Made by a program: the position numbers and the translations under genes. Below, piece after piece: positions 62,881 to 64,000 of a DNA stretch of 64,000 bases. Each line of letters opens with the position of its first letter. Position 1 is the stretch's first letter. The DNA is from Eledone cirrhosa (Eukaryota), in contig CAXHJY010001396.1 in the NCBI GenBank assembly GCA_964016885.1, forward strand, positions 34,001 to 98,000. The letters run 5' to 3'. The notes under the pieces were generated by a model. It made no database searches and was not told the origin of the DNA. It worked only from the letters and a program-made list of their open reading frames with translations.

Positions 62881-64000
62881 AGTGCACCGACCTTTGCCTG
62901 TGCACCACACAGTGTGAAAATGACACGGAAAGAGTTTATGAAAACCTTGACTTAGGTAATACTGATAGTGAGAGTGAAGACTGATATCATGGTTATGACT
63001 GATTCCGTTCTAAAAGTGGCAATAACAAAGTCTGCACAAATTTGTATTCCTGCCTGTTAAAAGTCATGACTGATTTTACCGTGAAATGGACAAAAGCAAA
63101 GCGTCCATGAATTAATTGTTTTATGTATTAAAATAAAGTGTACGTGAAGACAAATTTATTTTTATTATGTTTGACTCGTGCTTCGATATCCTGATTATGA
63201 GTGGATCTAGAGAAGAAATATCATATTTGCATGTGGTGTTTGCAGTTTTGTCATTAAAATTGGTATTTTTATTTAAAAAATCTTCCTTCATGTTAAACGT
63301 AAGTGATTGTAATCAATTTCTCTAGACTTCCACCCCCTATTTTCTTCCTCGTCTGCTTTTCCCCTTTCGCCTACCCCGATGCAGCCCATCGGGTCTCTGT
63401 AGCATCAGTTCCTCCATCCCTGTAATTTTAAGATAGAATTGGCCGAATACGTTTTACTAACTACTTATAGCAGATGTGTTAAACCCCTTTAATTTTGTAT
63501 CAGTTCTGGTACTACTCAATTTCTAGAAGTGTTTTTTCTATTCTCAACTTATTAACCTGTAATTGTAAGATATGTTTCTTTTATTTGCCACCAGGGCATC
63601 AAAAGTGGGACAAGTACAATGGGGGGAGTTTACAAAACAAGGCGTCCTCAATAGGGAGGAGGCAATAACAATATATAAAAAAAATAAAATATAACAAAAA
63701 ATAGAAAAATTACATAAAAGTTCTATATCTTCTTTCAAATTAAATTAGTGGTTGGCATGCAGTGGTATTTACTGGAGTAAATAACCCTATGCCCAACTCA
63801 CTAAAAAATCAAAATATAGGACAGATAATGAAAAGCGAAGACAAATTCATTTACGAAACAATAATACAAACAAATATTGTTGGTTGCATTGGTCAGGCGA
63901 AAAAATGTTTGTCAGAGAAGTTGAGTGTTGCTATAAGGGGAAAAAATAGAACCCCCCATTAGGGTGTCTTAATATTATTGAAATTTGCTGAAATTTTGTG

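Noticed and set aside
63960-64000. TAGGGTG start of a possible hATm-like TIR
   Set aside because: Cut by the window edge; no partner end is visible.

Overview
Eukaryotic, AT-rich, repeat-saturated genomic DNA, most likely an octopus/coleoid cephalopod (inferred from the SINE families, RTE tails and dense (TA)n/(TG)n/(TATG)n microsatellites; not proven). It is not prokaryotic: no operons, rRNA or CRISPR. The one recognisable host gene is a minus-strand reprolysin/ADAM(TS)-type (M12B) metalloprotease. Its signal-peptide exon is at ~13320-13419, prodomain exons at 12325-12529 and 7176-7290, and first catalytic-domain exon at 5017-5183. The first two exons are interrupted by an RTE LINE and a CRE-clade retrotransposon. 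The rest is mobile DNA: two Tx1/L1-type LINE copies (one with an intact ORF1 missed by the ORF track), several Penelope-like element (PLE) RT/GIY-YIG fragments, RTE fragments, mariner and hAT remnants, MITEs, SINEs, and a 7.25-kb 48/50-bp satellite with a ~2.69-kb higher-order repeat. The most striking signal is non-coding. About 17 hammerhead-ribozyme-like motifs from about 11 sequence families occur, mostly in ORF-less, (TA)n-flanked modules built as fold-backs and ~470-nt tandems (PLE pseudo-LTR/retrozyme-like), including recurrent non-canonical core variants. There is also a hAT MITE carrying a fold-back of two convergent tRNA-like Pol III units. All calls are by eye; coordinates of degenerate repeats are approximate.
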